NCBI GenBank assembly: GCA_016715065.1
Contig: JADKBN010000018.1
Span: 100,280 to 164,279 of the forward strand
DNA from: Fibrobacterota bacterium
Lineage (GTDB): Bacteria; Fibrobacterota; Fibrobacteria; UBA5070
Direction of reading: 5' to 3'
DNA length: 64,000 nt
Shown here: positions 1 through 10,116 of the stretch, piece after piece
Numbering within the stretch: position 1 is the first letter of the stretch
How the letters are laid out: each line of letters opens with the position of its first letter
The notes under the pieces: model-generated
What the model was told of the DNA's origin: nothing
Databases searched by the model: none
The model's input: only the letters and a program-made list of their open reading frames with translations
Translations under genes and position numbers: made by a program

Positions 1-23
1 CTCTGCCTTCCGCGGAACGTGTC

Positions 24-515
24 GTGAGCGTCCTCCCCTACTGGGATTTGATCGGAGTGGATTCCGAAGGCTCCGTGCATTTCCTCAAGGGATCCAACGG
101 ATCCGGAGATTCCAGTTTCACCGTCCCCTGTATGGACGGAAAACGTCCATCGATCCAAATCTTGGCCCACAGGGGATCGTTCTGGTACGAGCCGGATGTT
201 TTGGTCGATTCATTTGCGATCGGTGCTTCCGCGATCCTAATCCACGGAACCAGCGAACGCCAAGGAGACACCGTCGCACAGGATTTCCGCCTCCCCTTCG
301 GCTTCCTGCAAATCTGGGACAGCGCAGGAGTCCTACCCAGTCTTGTGTCCATCCAGCGCATCGATCCGGACAGTTCAGGACCGATGCGCCATGAATGGAG
401 CCGCAGGACGTTCCTGTTCCCCAAGCCCCTGAAGCCCCGCAGGGACGCATTCCCGCCCGAAGCGGCCCTGCGGAAGTTTCCGATCCCGTTCGGGGAGCTT
501 CCCAGCTCACACTGA
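24..515 (+). CDS. hypothetical protein (uncertain ORF in a lower-GC stretch at the window edge)
   Basis: 163-aa open frame with plausible amino-acid composition. No recognisable motif. It overlaps the spurious out-of-frame tail of the kinase ORF on the opposite strand. Confidence 0.2.
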   Translation: MSVLPYWDLIGVDSEGSVHFLKGSNGSGDSSFTVPCMDGKRPSIQILAHRGSFWYEPDVLVDSFAIGASAILIHGTSERQGDTVAQDFRLPFGFLQIWDSAGVLPSLVSIQRIDPDSSGPMRHEWSRRTFLFPKPLKPRRDAFPPEAALRKFPIPFGELPSSH

Positions 516-559
516 GTCGTTTTCTGTCAAAACGACCGATGCTCGGGAACCCCATTCCT

Positions 560-1629
560 ACAGCGGCGCGCTGGTCCCTCCCAGGTTGATCTCTTCCATC
601 ATTCCTCCCAGCCCCTGCTGGATGGGACTGATCGCCAGGGAATTCCCGCAAGTGCCGCAGAAATGGAAGGTGGGCGGATTGGACTTCCCGCAACGCGGAC
701 ACGCCACCCTTTTCGCCTGAACTTTCCGTGGTGGATTCCAGGACGGTCAGGCGGCGCTTGAATTCCGCCGCGGACGGAATCCGTCTGTCGGGATGTTCTT
801 CCAGCGCCAGCAGCATGGTGGCCCGCAGTTCGATGGGGATGCGCTCGGGATAGAGGTGGCGGGGCCGCTCGCCGGTGAGCATCTGGTAGGCCGTGGCGGC
901 CAGCCCGAACACGTCGGCCCGGCCGTCGACGTTGGTGGCCGACACCCTCTGTTCCGGTGCCATGAAATCCACCGTGCCCAGCACCGATCCGATGGCGGTG
1001 GAATCGCTTTCCGGCTCGTGGGCCAGCCCGAAGTCCACGAGCTTGGGAACGCCGCCGGAGGTCAGCAGGATGTTGGCGGGCTTGATGTCGCGATGGATGA
1101 TCCCGCGGTCGTGGGCCATGGTGAGCGCGTCGCACATCTGCGAGAGGATGGGGATGATCTCCGCGACCGAATACGGCCCTTCTGGCGCAGGTGCTCCAGC
1201 ACGGAGCTGCCATCCCCGTATTCCATCACGATGTAGATGCCCGTTTCGTCCTGCTCCAGCTCGTAGATCTGCACGATGTTGTAATGGGACAGCTGCGCGA
1301 TGGAGCGCGCTTTCCCGCAAGAACCGGTGCAGCACCGTGGAGCTTTTCATGTACTTGGCCAGGATCCGCTTGATGGCCACCTTGCGGTTGAGGCGGCTGT
1401 CGCGGGCGGACCAGACCTCGCCCATGCCACCTTTGCCGATCATCACCAGCTCCTTGTAGCGGTCGGCATTGCGCAGCAGGAGGTACCGGCGGCAGTTCCG
1501 GCGTCTGGCGCGGCTCGGCGTTGGCCAGTTGCTGCAACGATCCCGCCACGCGCTCGCCGCAGAACATGCAGTAGGCGGAATCGCCATCGATGCGGCGGTG
1601 GCAGAAGGGACAGACCATCTTCATGGGGA
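560..1629 (-). pseudogene. Hanks-type Ser/Thr protein kinase with N-terminal and C-terminal zinc ribbons, interrupted by at least 4 single-base frame shifts
   Basis: Across three frames: an N-terminal zinc ribbon MKMVCPFCHRR...CMFCGERV, then IGKGGMGEVW, VAIKRI, IYIVMEYGDG, HRDIKPANILL, DFGLA, APE, then a C-terminal CPRCGKS...CGTCGNSL ribbon before a stop near 560. The frame changes fall in short homopolymer/GC runs. Confidence 0.6.
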
Positions 1630-3282
1630 AGTCTCCCGTACGGAATCCTTGGTTTTCACGAACACGCTTTGCGCGCGGGCGACCAGAGGGTCTTCCTTGT
1701 GGATGTGCTCCAAGGCGAGCTTGGCCCGTTCGCGGGCTTCCTGCATGCGGCCGGTGTTGGCCAGCACGCGGGCCTCGCCCAGGCGTTCCTCGAACCACAC
1801 CACCATGGAATCGATCCAGGTGGCCACGTCCTCGGAGGGCTTGGGAAGATTGGGCGCCAATTCCCGGCATCGCGTGATCCGAGCCTGGGCTTGTGACAAT
1901 TTCCGTTCGCGTGCGAGCTCGGAGGCTTCCGCCACCAGGCGAGTGCAGGAACCCAGGTTTTCGGCCAGGCGACGGTAGACCGCCGGCGGCAGGATTCCCA
2001 GGGTGCGGGCGACTTCGCCCACCAACGGCAGGGCGATCTGGACCGTTTCCCATCTGCCTTGGCGCCAGGTCTCTTCCAGAAGGTGGCTCACACCCATCAG
2101 CACTCCCGCGCCGTGCTCGGCATCGGAGGCCTCGAATTCCGCGCCCAGAAGCCGTAGGCGCCGGATCTCGCGGGCCACCGAATCCCAACCTCCCGCCTGC
2201 AAGGCCAAAAAGACCTGCTCCAGCGCAAGCTTGCCCTGGTCGTCCAGGTTGGATCCGCAATGTCCGCACACCGAATGCCGTTGGTGCTGCCGGTGGCCGC
2301 ATCCGTCGCAGGTCCGGAACAGGTCTTGCAGATTGGATCCGCAGTTGCCGCAAAAGGGACTGTCTTCGGCATCGAAGACGCCGCACTCCGGGCACCTTCC
2401 GTCGCGCGCCTTCAGGCGCCTTCCTCCGACGGCGGAAAGCGCGTCGCGCAATTCTTCCATGCTGCGCCAACGCTCCGAGGAACTCCCCGCCAGGGCACCG
2501 GCCAGGATCTCGCGCAACGAAACGGGAATGGCCGGATCGGAAGCCGATCCGGGCGCACCCAGAAGCATGGTGCGCAGCAGCATGCCCAGGGCGAACACGT
2601 CGTCGCCGATCACGGGCACCAGTGGCTGGATGTCCGGAGCGTCAAATTCCGTCCGGCGCAGCGGGAGCTCGGGAATCTCGATGCGCCCGAACGAATGCAG
2701 ACGGCAACGGCCCTGCGGATCCACCATCACCCGCGCCGGGGTCAGGTTGCCGTGCACCACGCCTTGCTGGTGGGAATAGTGGAGCGCGTCGGCAAGATCA
2801 ACGCCCAGGCGCAACACCTCCTGCAGCTCCATGCGGCTGCCACCTTGCAACCGCTCGCGCAGCGATTGCCCTTCCACGTATTCCACCACCGCGTAGGGGC
2901 CTTCCTTGTCGGCGCCCTCTTCATAGACAGCGGCGATGCCGGGATGGCGCAACCGGGCGGAGGTGCGGAGGACACGCAAGAACGCGGAAAGCCCCTCGGG
3001 GCTGGTGATCACGGAAATCCCCGGCCGACGGATCAGGACCTGGCGCCCCAGCCGCAGATCGCGGGCAAGATCCACCGAGGCTCGATCGGACGCCCAAAGC
3101 CGCTCCACCACGGAGTAGCGCTCCGCACCCGACAACAGCACGGGGTTGCGTCCACGGCGCCGTTCGCCGGTTTCTTCGCGAAAGGTTCCGCCCATGGGCA
3201 GACCGCAGTGCTTGCAGTAAACACCTTCCGGCGACACCAGCTTGCCGCAATGCTTGCAGTAGTAAGATTCCTGTCGGATCAC
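1621..3282 (-). CDS. pseudokinase (kinase-like domain lacking catalytic residues) with one N-terminal and two C-terminal zinc ribbons
   Basis: Intact 553-aa ORF. N-terminal YYCKHCGKL...YCKHCG ribbon. Kinase fold recognisable, but the Gly loop is absent, VAIK is VLIRR, HRD is HGN and DFG is SFG. Followed by CPECG...CGNCG and CDGCG...CGHCG ribbons and a helical tail. Confidence 0.65.
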   Translation of the reverse strand: MIRQESYYCKHCGKLVSPEGVYCKHCGLPMGGTFREETGERRRGRNPVLLSGAERYSVVERLWASDRASVDLARDLRLGRQVLIRRPGISVITSPEGLSAFLRVLRTSARLRHPGIAAVYEEGADKEGPYAVVEYVEGQSLRERLQGGSRMELQEVLRLGVDLADALHYSHQQGVVHGNLTPARVMVDPQGRCRLHSFGRIEIPELPLRRTEFDAPDIQPLVPVIGDDVFALGMLLRTMLLGAPGSASDPAIPVSLREILAGALAGSSSERWRSMEELRDALSAVGGRRLKARDGRCPECGVFDAEDSPFCGNCGSNLQDLFRTCDGCGHRQHQRHSVCGHCGSNLDDQGKLALEQVFLALQAGGWDSVAREIRRLRLLGAEFEASDAEHGAGVLMGVSHLLEETWRQGRWETVQIALPLVGEVARTLGILPPAVYRRLAENLGSCTRLVAEASELARERKLSQAQARITRCRELAPNLPKPSEDVATWIDSMVVWFEERLGEARVLANTGRMQEARERAKLALEHIHKEDPLVARAQSVFVKTKDSVRETSP

Positions 3283-3384
3283 TGAACCGCCATTGTGCCC
3301 ATTTTCCGGCCATCAAGCAAAGAATCCCTGTTGGCTGGACGAGAATATTCCACCCGAAACCTCCGTCGGACGCTCTCGCCTGCC

Positions 3385-5653
3385 TCATCGGTGCAGACCA
3401 AGTCGTGGAATCCAGGAGCCGGGCGGGCCGACCAACTGCGAAACCGGGTCTCCATCCCCAGGTCCCGTCCATCCAAAAGCACCGGATGGCGATGGCCCGG
3501 TCCCGTGTCGCAATTCCACCACCATGCGCTCGGGCTCTCCGGAAAGATCGATCGGCAGGGTCAGAACCGTGTTGGCTTCCGGCAATAGCACCTCCATGGA
3601 GGCTTGGCGAGCCACCGCGTGACAGTCCGGACGCACCGGCGGCAACGAGGGCAATCGACCGGGGTAGGTTTCCCGGTAATAGCTTCCCGACCCGACAGGG
3701 GCCACCAAAAGGGTTTCGCGGACCTGTTGATCCAGGGGATGGCAGGCGGCGTCCACCTGGAAGGTCCGGGCGGAGTCCAACTGGATCACCTGGTAAAACG
3801 AGTCGATCGGTGCGGCTTTGCCCGCTCCCGGCCATCCTGGGGCAAAAGCGGCAGAATCCGAAACATCAAGGGGGCCGCTTGCTGGCGCCCCCAAAGCTGG
3901 GGCCTGCCATCTCCGCGGGGATTGCCCACCCACCCCGACCACCCAACCCGGCGTGATGCCAATGGTCCAGGCATCGCGATGCCCAAAGCTGGTGCCGGTT
4001 TTCCAGGCCACCGGACGCCCTGCGGCGAACGCTTTCCAAGCGGCTTCTTCTTCGATGCGCCCACCGATCCGCAATGCCTTGAGCGTAAGCCAAGCGGCAC
4101 CCGGCGACAGGAATCGCTCTTCCCTCCCCGGTCCGTTCATGGCCGCCAAAAATGCCCTGTGTGCGGCCTCGAGCGAGCCGGTAGCACCTCCGCCCTGCGG
4201 TGGACCACCCACCCGAAGGAGCGAGCCGTCCTGCGTGGCTCCCAGATCCATCGCCTTGGCCACTCCTTCGTTTGCCAAGCCTGCGTACATGCCCACCAGT
4301 TCGACCAAACTCGCCTCGCCCGCCCCCAGGGCCAGGGCCAAACCGTAATCTTGGGCAGGCCGGAACAGATGCCACATCCCCGAACGCACCAACAGATCCT
4401 GAAACGGCTCGACCCCGAGCAATCTCAGTTCGCGCACCCAGGGAACATTCAACGACCGGGCCAGGGCCTGATCGGCAGCCACCAGGCCTTCGAATTTTCC
4501 GGAGGCGTTGGCGGGCCGGAAATCGCCAAACCGGGTGGGCACATCGAAAATCCATTGGCGAGGCAAAACCAGCCCCTGGTCCAACAAGAGCCCGTACAAG
4601 AAGGGCTTCACGGTGCTTCCGGGAGACCGAGGCGCCAGAGCCAGATCCACCTGCCACGCATCGCTTCCCGTTCCGCCCACGCCACCGATCCACGACCGGA
4701 TCGCCGGAGGCGCTCCTTCGCGCAGCTGCGCCACCACCACCGCCACCCCGCGAATCCCCTGGCCCCGCAGATCCTGCACCTGTTCCTTGGCCAACTGGGC
4801 CACCTGGGCCTGGAGATCGGCGTCCAGTTCGGAATGCCAACGTTTTTGCGCCCCACGGGCCTGGAACAGCTCCACCACGTGCGGCGCGATCTGGGGCAGC
4901 GCGTGGGGGGTTTGGGGCAACGGCTCCGATCGGGCGAGTTGGGCCTCCATCGAGTCGATGTCGCCGGCCACCTGCAAGCGCGACAGGATCCAATCGCGAC
5001 GCGCGCGCAGTCGGGCGGTGTCGCCTTGCGGGCGCAAGCGGGCGGGAGCGTTGGGAATGGCCGCCAACAACGCGGCCTCCCCCCACGACAGATCCTGCGA
5101 CCGTTTGCCATACCAACGCCAACTGGCCGCCTCCAGACCCACCACGTTGCCTCCGAACGGGGCGTGGGCGCAATATGCGCGCAAAATCCGCTCCTTGGGC
5201 CAAGCCGCTTCCACCCTCAGGGACAACCACACTTCCACGGCTTTGGCCCACCACGATCGGTGGGCATCCGATCCTCGTGCGCGCCGAGAAATCCGGGCAA
5301 GTTGCATGGTCAGCGTGCTGGCACCCTGCCTCCGGCCTCCGCGCGCAGATTGGACTTCGCCGAGCGGATCACAGCCAACGGGTCCACTCCGGGATGCCAC
5401 CAGAAACGCTGGTCCTCGGCTTCCAGGATGGCACGCATGAAACGGATCGGAACGGAATCGCCGGGGGAACCGCCACTGGCCGTCCGGACCGGACCGCGCC
5501 CCCAGCAATCGATCTTCGCGATCGTAGACGGCCGTCGCGAAGGCGGAGGGAACGAGTGGATCGGGAAGGGGTCACCCGAACCAGTATCCAAGCCAAAACC
5601 AGGAGGATCCCCCCCTTGGTCCATCGGCTCGACAAAACCCGTCGGATGGTCAT
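3385..5653 (-). CDS. pbpC: penicillin-binding protein 1C (bifunctional GT51 transglycosylase / transpeptidase), with at least 2 apparent frame shifts in the N-terminal part
   Basis: TM segment GGILLVLAWILV. GT51 motifs EDQRFWWHPGVD and GASTLTMQLAR. Transpeptidase motifs STVKP (SxxK) and KTGTS (KTG). The N-terminal 100 aa are spread over three frames. Confidence 0.75.
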
Positions 5654-5916
5654 CGTCGACCCATAGGTAGAAGAAAAACCCCCGCGTCAACGGCGGCGAT
5701 GCCATCGAAAGTGCAGACCGGAAAAGGGGAAAACCGGGCAGGTACCCCGCCCGGTCCAGGCCGCCTCTGAAGAGCCCCGTTCCATGTATTCTCCGGAGGC
5801 GATCTGTCCTCCCTCCAATACAACAGCCGTGCCAACCCTGCTTTCACAAGGCGCAACCCGGTTGTTCGATCTCCTGCCCGCAAAAACCGGAACCGAACGT
5901 TCCGGATAGGGACCGC

Positions 5917-7116
5917 TCAGCCCGCTTTTCCGATGGAGCCTTCGTAGACGATCTTCCAGGCTCCGTCTTCGAAGCGCCAGTACTGGCGCTTGCGCATGAG
6001 ATTGGAAAGATTGCTGGATCGGTAGTCCTGCTCGAATTCGACCACCGCCAGGTCCCGTTCTCCCGGAACCAGGAGCATGGAAAGATCAGAGGTGGAGACC
6101 TTGACCCACGACTTGGCCGCAGCGACCCGTCGCTTGTCCCGTTCCCAGCCTTCCAGATCCTGCTCACCCATCTTGAAGTCGTCGGAATAATGCGACAGGT
6201 AGCGGTCCATGTCGTTGGAGGACCAGTCTTCCGTCCATTTCTGGATCGCTCCTGCCAAAATTTGTCGCATCGAGTCCGCCTGGGAGGGATCCACCCAATC
6301 GATCGTATCGGCCAGGATCACCGGCGTACGGCCGAGTTGGAACCACTTCTGGAGGGTGTCGATGTCGTCGTTGGGCAGCACCACGCAACCGTTGGAGGCG
6401 CGCGGCGGGCGCGAGTAGGTGTCGCGGGGGGTGCCGTGGACCCAGATTCCATGGCCCTTGCGGCCCTTGCGCTGTCCCAGTCGTTGGGGTAGTCCAGCGG
6501 ATAGGCGACGTTGCCGTAGTAGGCATCCAATTTCTCTTTCTCGATCCGGGAAACCATGCTGTATACGCCCAAGGGCGTGCGCTGGTCGCCTTCGTTGGAC
6601 TTCAGGGGTCCGTTGAGCCCGATCGAAACGTAGTGGTCGCCTTCCAGCTCCACTTCCCGTCTTTTTGCCGGAACACGAACAGCCGGCTCGCGCGGGCGTC
6701 GACCACCAACACGGTGGAGGCATCCCGGGGGGGCTGCAGGAGAAATCGCGGAATCATGTCCTTGGGCGGAGTCTGCACGTACCGGCCCAGACGCACCCGG
6801 GCCTCGTCTTGCATCGCCCGAGCCTTCGGATCCTTGGAGCGGGGACCGGCGAATTTTTCCAAGCGGCCGTTTTGCGCCAGAAGGATGTCGCCGCGCACCA
6901 ATTGGGCCAGACGGAAATTGGGCTGGCGAGTCACCAGGCTGTCCGACCGCTCGAGCGCCAGATCGAGGCGTTCGGCGCGGATGGCATCGAGGGCGCACCA
7001 ACAAGGATTCGGGGCTGTCGGAAGCGACCGTCACCCGATTCTGATCCGAGGCCAGCACCCAGCTTACGCAGCACAGCCCAGAAAAACAAAGATCGCCGAA
7101 ACGAACGACGCATCAT
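5917..7116 (-). CDS. L,D-transpeptidase (YkuD domain) with C-terminal NTF2/SnoaL-like domain; signal peptide; at least 2 apparent frame shifts
   Basis: Signal MMRRSFRRSLFFWAVL. LVVDARASRLFVFRQKDG. Catalytic region HGTP...SNGCVVLPNDDIDTL. C-terminal NTF2-like domain. The start ATG overlaps the upstream stop (ATGA) with RBS GAGAGG. N-terminal, middle and C-terminal parts lie in three frames. Confidence 0.65.
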
Positions 7117-8133
7117 CCCGCCTCTCTTTCCGATACGATCTTCCACTCCTTTCCTTTCTTTGTCAAGACAATGCGTTTACGCAAAACAAGCTTCGCTTCA
7201 TCGGTTTGGTACAACTGTTTGTAAGTGATCTCGACCTTGTCGGGTCCCGTCAACTTGACCTGCGGCGAAACCATCTCCACCTTGATGGCCTTGGGCGCCG
7301 AAATCCGCTCTCGCCTGCGCGCTTCCCACGCCTGGCGAGACAGTTTTTCCGGAAGGACAAATTGAGCATCGTAAAAGCCCAGGTAGGCATCCACGTCCTG
7401 TGCCGACCAAGCGGCCGCCCATGCGCGAAGGGTGCGAAGCGCTGCGACCTCGGGAGTCTCGGTGGGGCGGAAAAGTGGCCCAACGGGCACAGGGTCGACT
7501 TCCGGCGGCGGCGGCAACGGAGCAACCGGAACCTTTTCCGGGAGGGTGAGGCGAGGTGTCTCGACAGACGCGCTTTCCTTGGTTTGTGCGTCGGAGCTTT
7601 CGACCATGGCGACCCTTCCGCTGGAGAGGAGGGAATCGCGGATCCGGGTCAGATCGTCGATTTCCTGGCGGGCGCGGGTGAGGGCACGGGCAAGGCCGTC
7701 GGAATCCGTCGATGGCTTCGTTCGGGGAGGTTTGGACAGTTGCTTTTGCAAATCCAATTGCAAAGCTGGCAGTTTCGAGGGTGTGCCAAAAGCGCTGTCG
7801 TAGGCAAGTCTGGCCATCCGGGAGCGAAGCTTTTCCAGGATTGGTCGCCACCGATTGGACGTCGCGTCGCACCGCCAATGCCCTGGCCAAACTACGCTGG
7901 GAGCCAAACAAGTCGCCCTGCGCAGCTTCCAAGGCGGCGCGATTGTTCCAAGCTTCCAAGCAGGAGGAATCCTTTTCCGTCACCGCCCGGAAAACTCCCA
8001 GCGCTTCGGAGGTCCGCCCTTTTGCGGCAAACTCCACACCTTGCTGAAACAAGGCAGCCGGACACTCCGCCAAACCATTGACGGCTAGAGCGCAAAGAAA
8101 CGCCCACCATCGTCCGAAATTCCGTCGCCGATC
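7113..8133 (-). CDS. secreted TPR-like / NTF2(SnoaL)-like domain protein, one apparent frame shift near 7870
   Basis: Signal MDRRRNFGRWWAFLCALAVNG. TPR-like helices, Pro-rich linker. C-terminal domain VAALRTLRAWAAAWSAQDVDAYLGFYD, paralogous to the L,D-transpeptidase C-terminus. Translationally coupled to the next gene. Confidence 0.45.
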
Positions 8134-8217
8134 CATCTGTAGAGAGGAAATTTGGTTATTCCCCTCCCCTTGGCGGGAAAGGAGTTTTTGGAGAAGTCGC
8201 AACGCGTCGATGCCGAA

Positions 8218-8646
8218 CTAGATCGCCGCGTCTTCGATCAATGGGACCGCACGGATCAAAAGGTGCGAGGCGAGCCCGCGATCAGGCCCCTGGAAGTGGC
8301 TGAGGAGCCAATCTTTCAGGAAATACATCTCGTTCATGGACATGACGGTTCGGCCATCCCGGATCGAGCGTCGCAGCTCGCGGATTTGGTCCAGAAGTCG
8401 TTCATGCTCGCCTTTGTGCCCCTCGGCGGCGGGAAACGACGTCGCGTCCATGAACTTCTCTTCGGTGGCGAAATGGAACTGGGTGAACTCCAGGACTTCG
8501 CCGAGCGCCTCGACGATGTTGGCCGAGCCTCTTCCCACCCGGATCAAGTCGTAGATCCCGTTGATCAGATCAAACAAACGACGATGCTGATTGTCGATTT
8601 CTTCGACCTGGGTCAGGTACTCGTCCTTCCAGCGCAAAAGCGACAT
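8218..8646 (-). CDS. bacteriohemerythrin-like protein
   Basis: 142 aa. Hemerythrin iron-ligand pattern: IDNQH, HFATEE, HKGEH, DWLLSH. Confidence 0.8.
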   Translation of the reverse strand: MSLLRWKDEYLTQVEEIDNQHRRLFDLINGIYDLIRVGRGSANIVEALGEVLEFTQFHFATEEKFMDATSFPAAEGHKGEHERLLDQIRELRRSIRDGRTVMSMNEMYFLKDWLLSHFQGPDRGLASHLLIRAVPLIEDAAI

Positions 8647-8729
8647 CGCATCCTCCCTGGAGCCGAGCTCCCTGTCCAGGAGCGGCTCGCCTTGCCACAA
8701 ATATAGGACCTCCGACTCCTCCGGAGAGT

Positions 8730-10080
8730 CTATCGATTCGATCGTTCCTCGCGCAACTGTTCGATCTGTTTTTGCTGCTGGTCCAGGCGCTTTTCCTGGG
8801 CGATGGCATGCAAGGTCAATTCTTCCACCTTCTTCAGGAGAACCATGTTCATGGCGGCCACATCCACCCCGCTTGCGGTCATCTCCGCTGCGGAGGGAAC
8901 CTCCGGCAGGTGTTTGTTGGCCTTGGTGAAAGCCTCGATTTCGGCCAAGGGTGCCAACGTGTATTCGGGCTCGAACACGTAATCGGCGGGCGTGGCGCCG
9001 GGAGGGTGGTGAGCTTGCCGGTGATGCGCACATCACCAAGACTTGCCGAGCCTGCCGCGATGGCGGCCGCGGAGCTGATGGTCCCCGTGACATCGAGGTT
9101 CCCGTACACGGTCGCGCCGCCTTCCCGAACCAGGAACTTCAGGGCCGAGTCTCCCTGGGAAATCCCGAATCCATCGGAAGCGACGTTGCTGCTTCGCATG
9201 TTTCCGATCTGCCAGTGGGATCCGTACCAGGCAAAATCCAGGGCGTTTCGGATCGAGGAGAAGCTGTTGCCCAGGCTCTTCATCCGGCCGTTGGGATTGA
9301 TTTTGGTGGTGATGTCGTTGGCCTCGCTGCCTCTCATCACCACCGCATCGACTTTCATGTAGCGGGTGGTGTCGAACATTCCCGTGTGCAGCACGGCCCG
9401 CTCCGCCACACCATCGCTGTAGACGGGAGCACCCTCGCTGAGGCGCACACCCAAATATTTCCCGTGCGCGCGGAGGTAGCTTGCCGAGCCGTTGCGCAGC
9501 CAAGCCACCGAATAGTTCCCTCCGGAAGGCGTCCCGACATCGTCTCCGTAGATCGCGCTCGCCAGGCCATCCGGGTACAATGTCAGCCTGCTGCCGGAAA
9601 CCACCAGGGTGTCGGCTTGCAACATGGGAGATTTGAACGCGCCAACAGAAAGTGTCTTCTCGATCTTGAGATCGCCCTGTACGGTGCCACCTTTGATGCT
9701 CAGCGGCACGAAGCCCAGCGCGTCCTGCTTGGCTTTGAGGGTGTCGCGAAGGCCAGACAAGTTCGCCGGCGTCAAGGCTCCCTTGATGCCCCCTGCCAAG
9801 GTCGCGCTGTCGGTCTTCTGTTTTTGCTTCAACTGGTCCAAGCCGCTTTGGTCCGCCTTTGCGGACTGCAGTTGGCCGACCGTGGCCAGGACCGACTTCA
9901 GTGCTCCGTCGGTCGCCTCCAGGCTGGGTTTGGTGGCCCGATTTTGGATGGCTGTGTCAAGGCGTGTGAAATTTTCGTTCACGTCGCGGGCGATGGCTGG
10001 CTTGTTGGCTTCGAACTGGATGAGCCCTGTCGCCCCGGTCATCGCAGGAACAACAAGTAACGTGAGGTGGAATCTGGTCA
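8730..10080 (-). CDS. secreted tail-fibre/fibritin-like protein, paralogue 1 (C-terminal domain displaced by a 1-nt C-run deletion near 8990)
   Basis: Signal MTRFHLTLLVVPAMTG. N-terminal motif IQFEANKPAIARDVNENFTRLDTAIQN, coiled coil, variable beta-rich centre, GDVRITGKLTT. The C-terminal YxFEPEYTLAPLAEIEAFTKANKHLPEVPSAAEM...LLKKVEELTLHAIAQ lies in the 8730..8978 frame. Restoring one C in ACCACCC(C)TCC rejoins the two frames. Confidence 0.7.
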
Positions 10081-10116
10081 TCTGGTGCATGCTCCTCGGA
10101 TGGGAACTCAAAACGG

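Noticed and set aside
118-560. C-terminal 147 codons of the 489-aa kinase ORF (118..1587).
   Set aside because: A proper C-terminal zinc ribbon and stop appear in an adjacent frame near 560; the continuation to 118 is an out-of-frame read-through with Arg/Gly/Cys-rich junk composition.
3604-5670. 688-aa plus-strand ORF.
   Set aside because: Antisense to PBP1C, whose motifs are unambiguous; a GC-rich spurious open frame.
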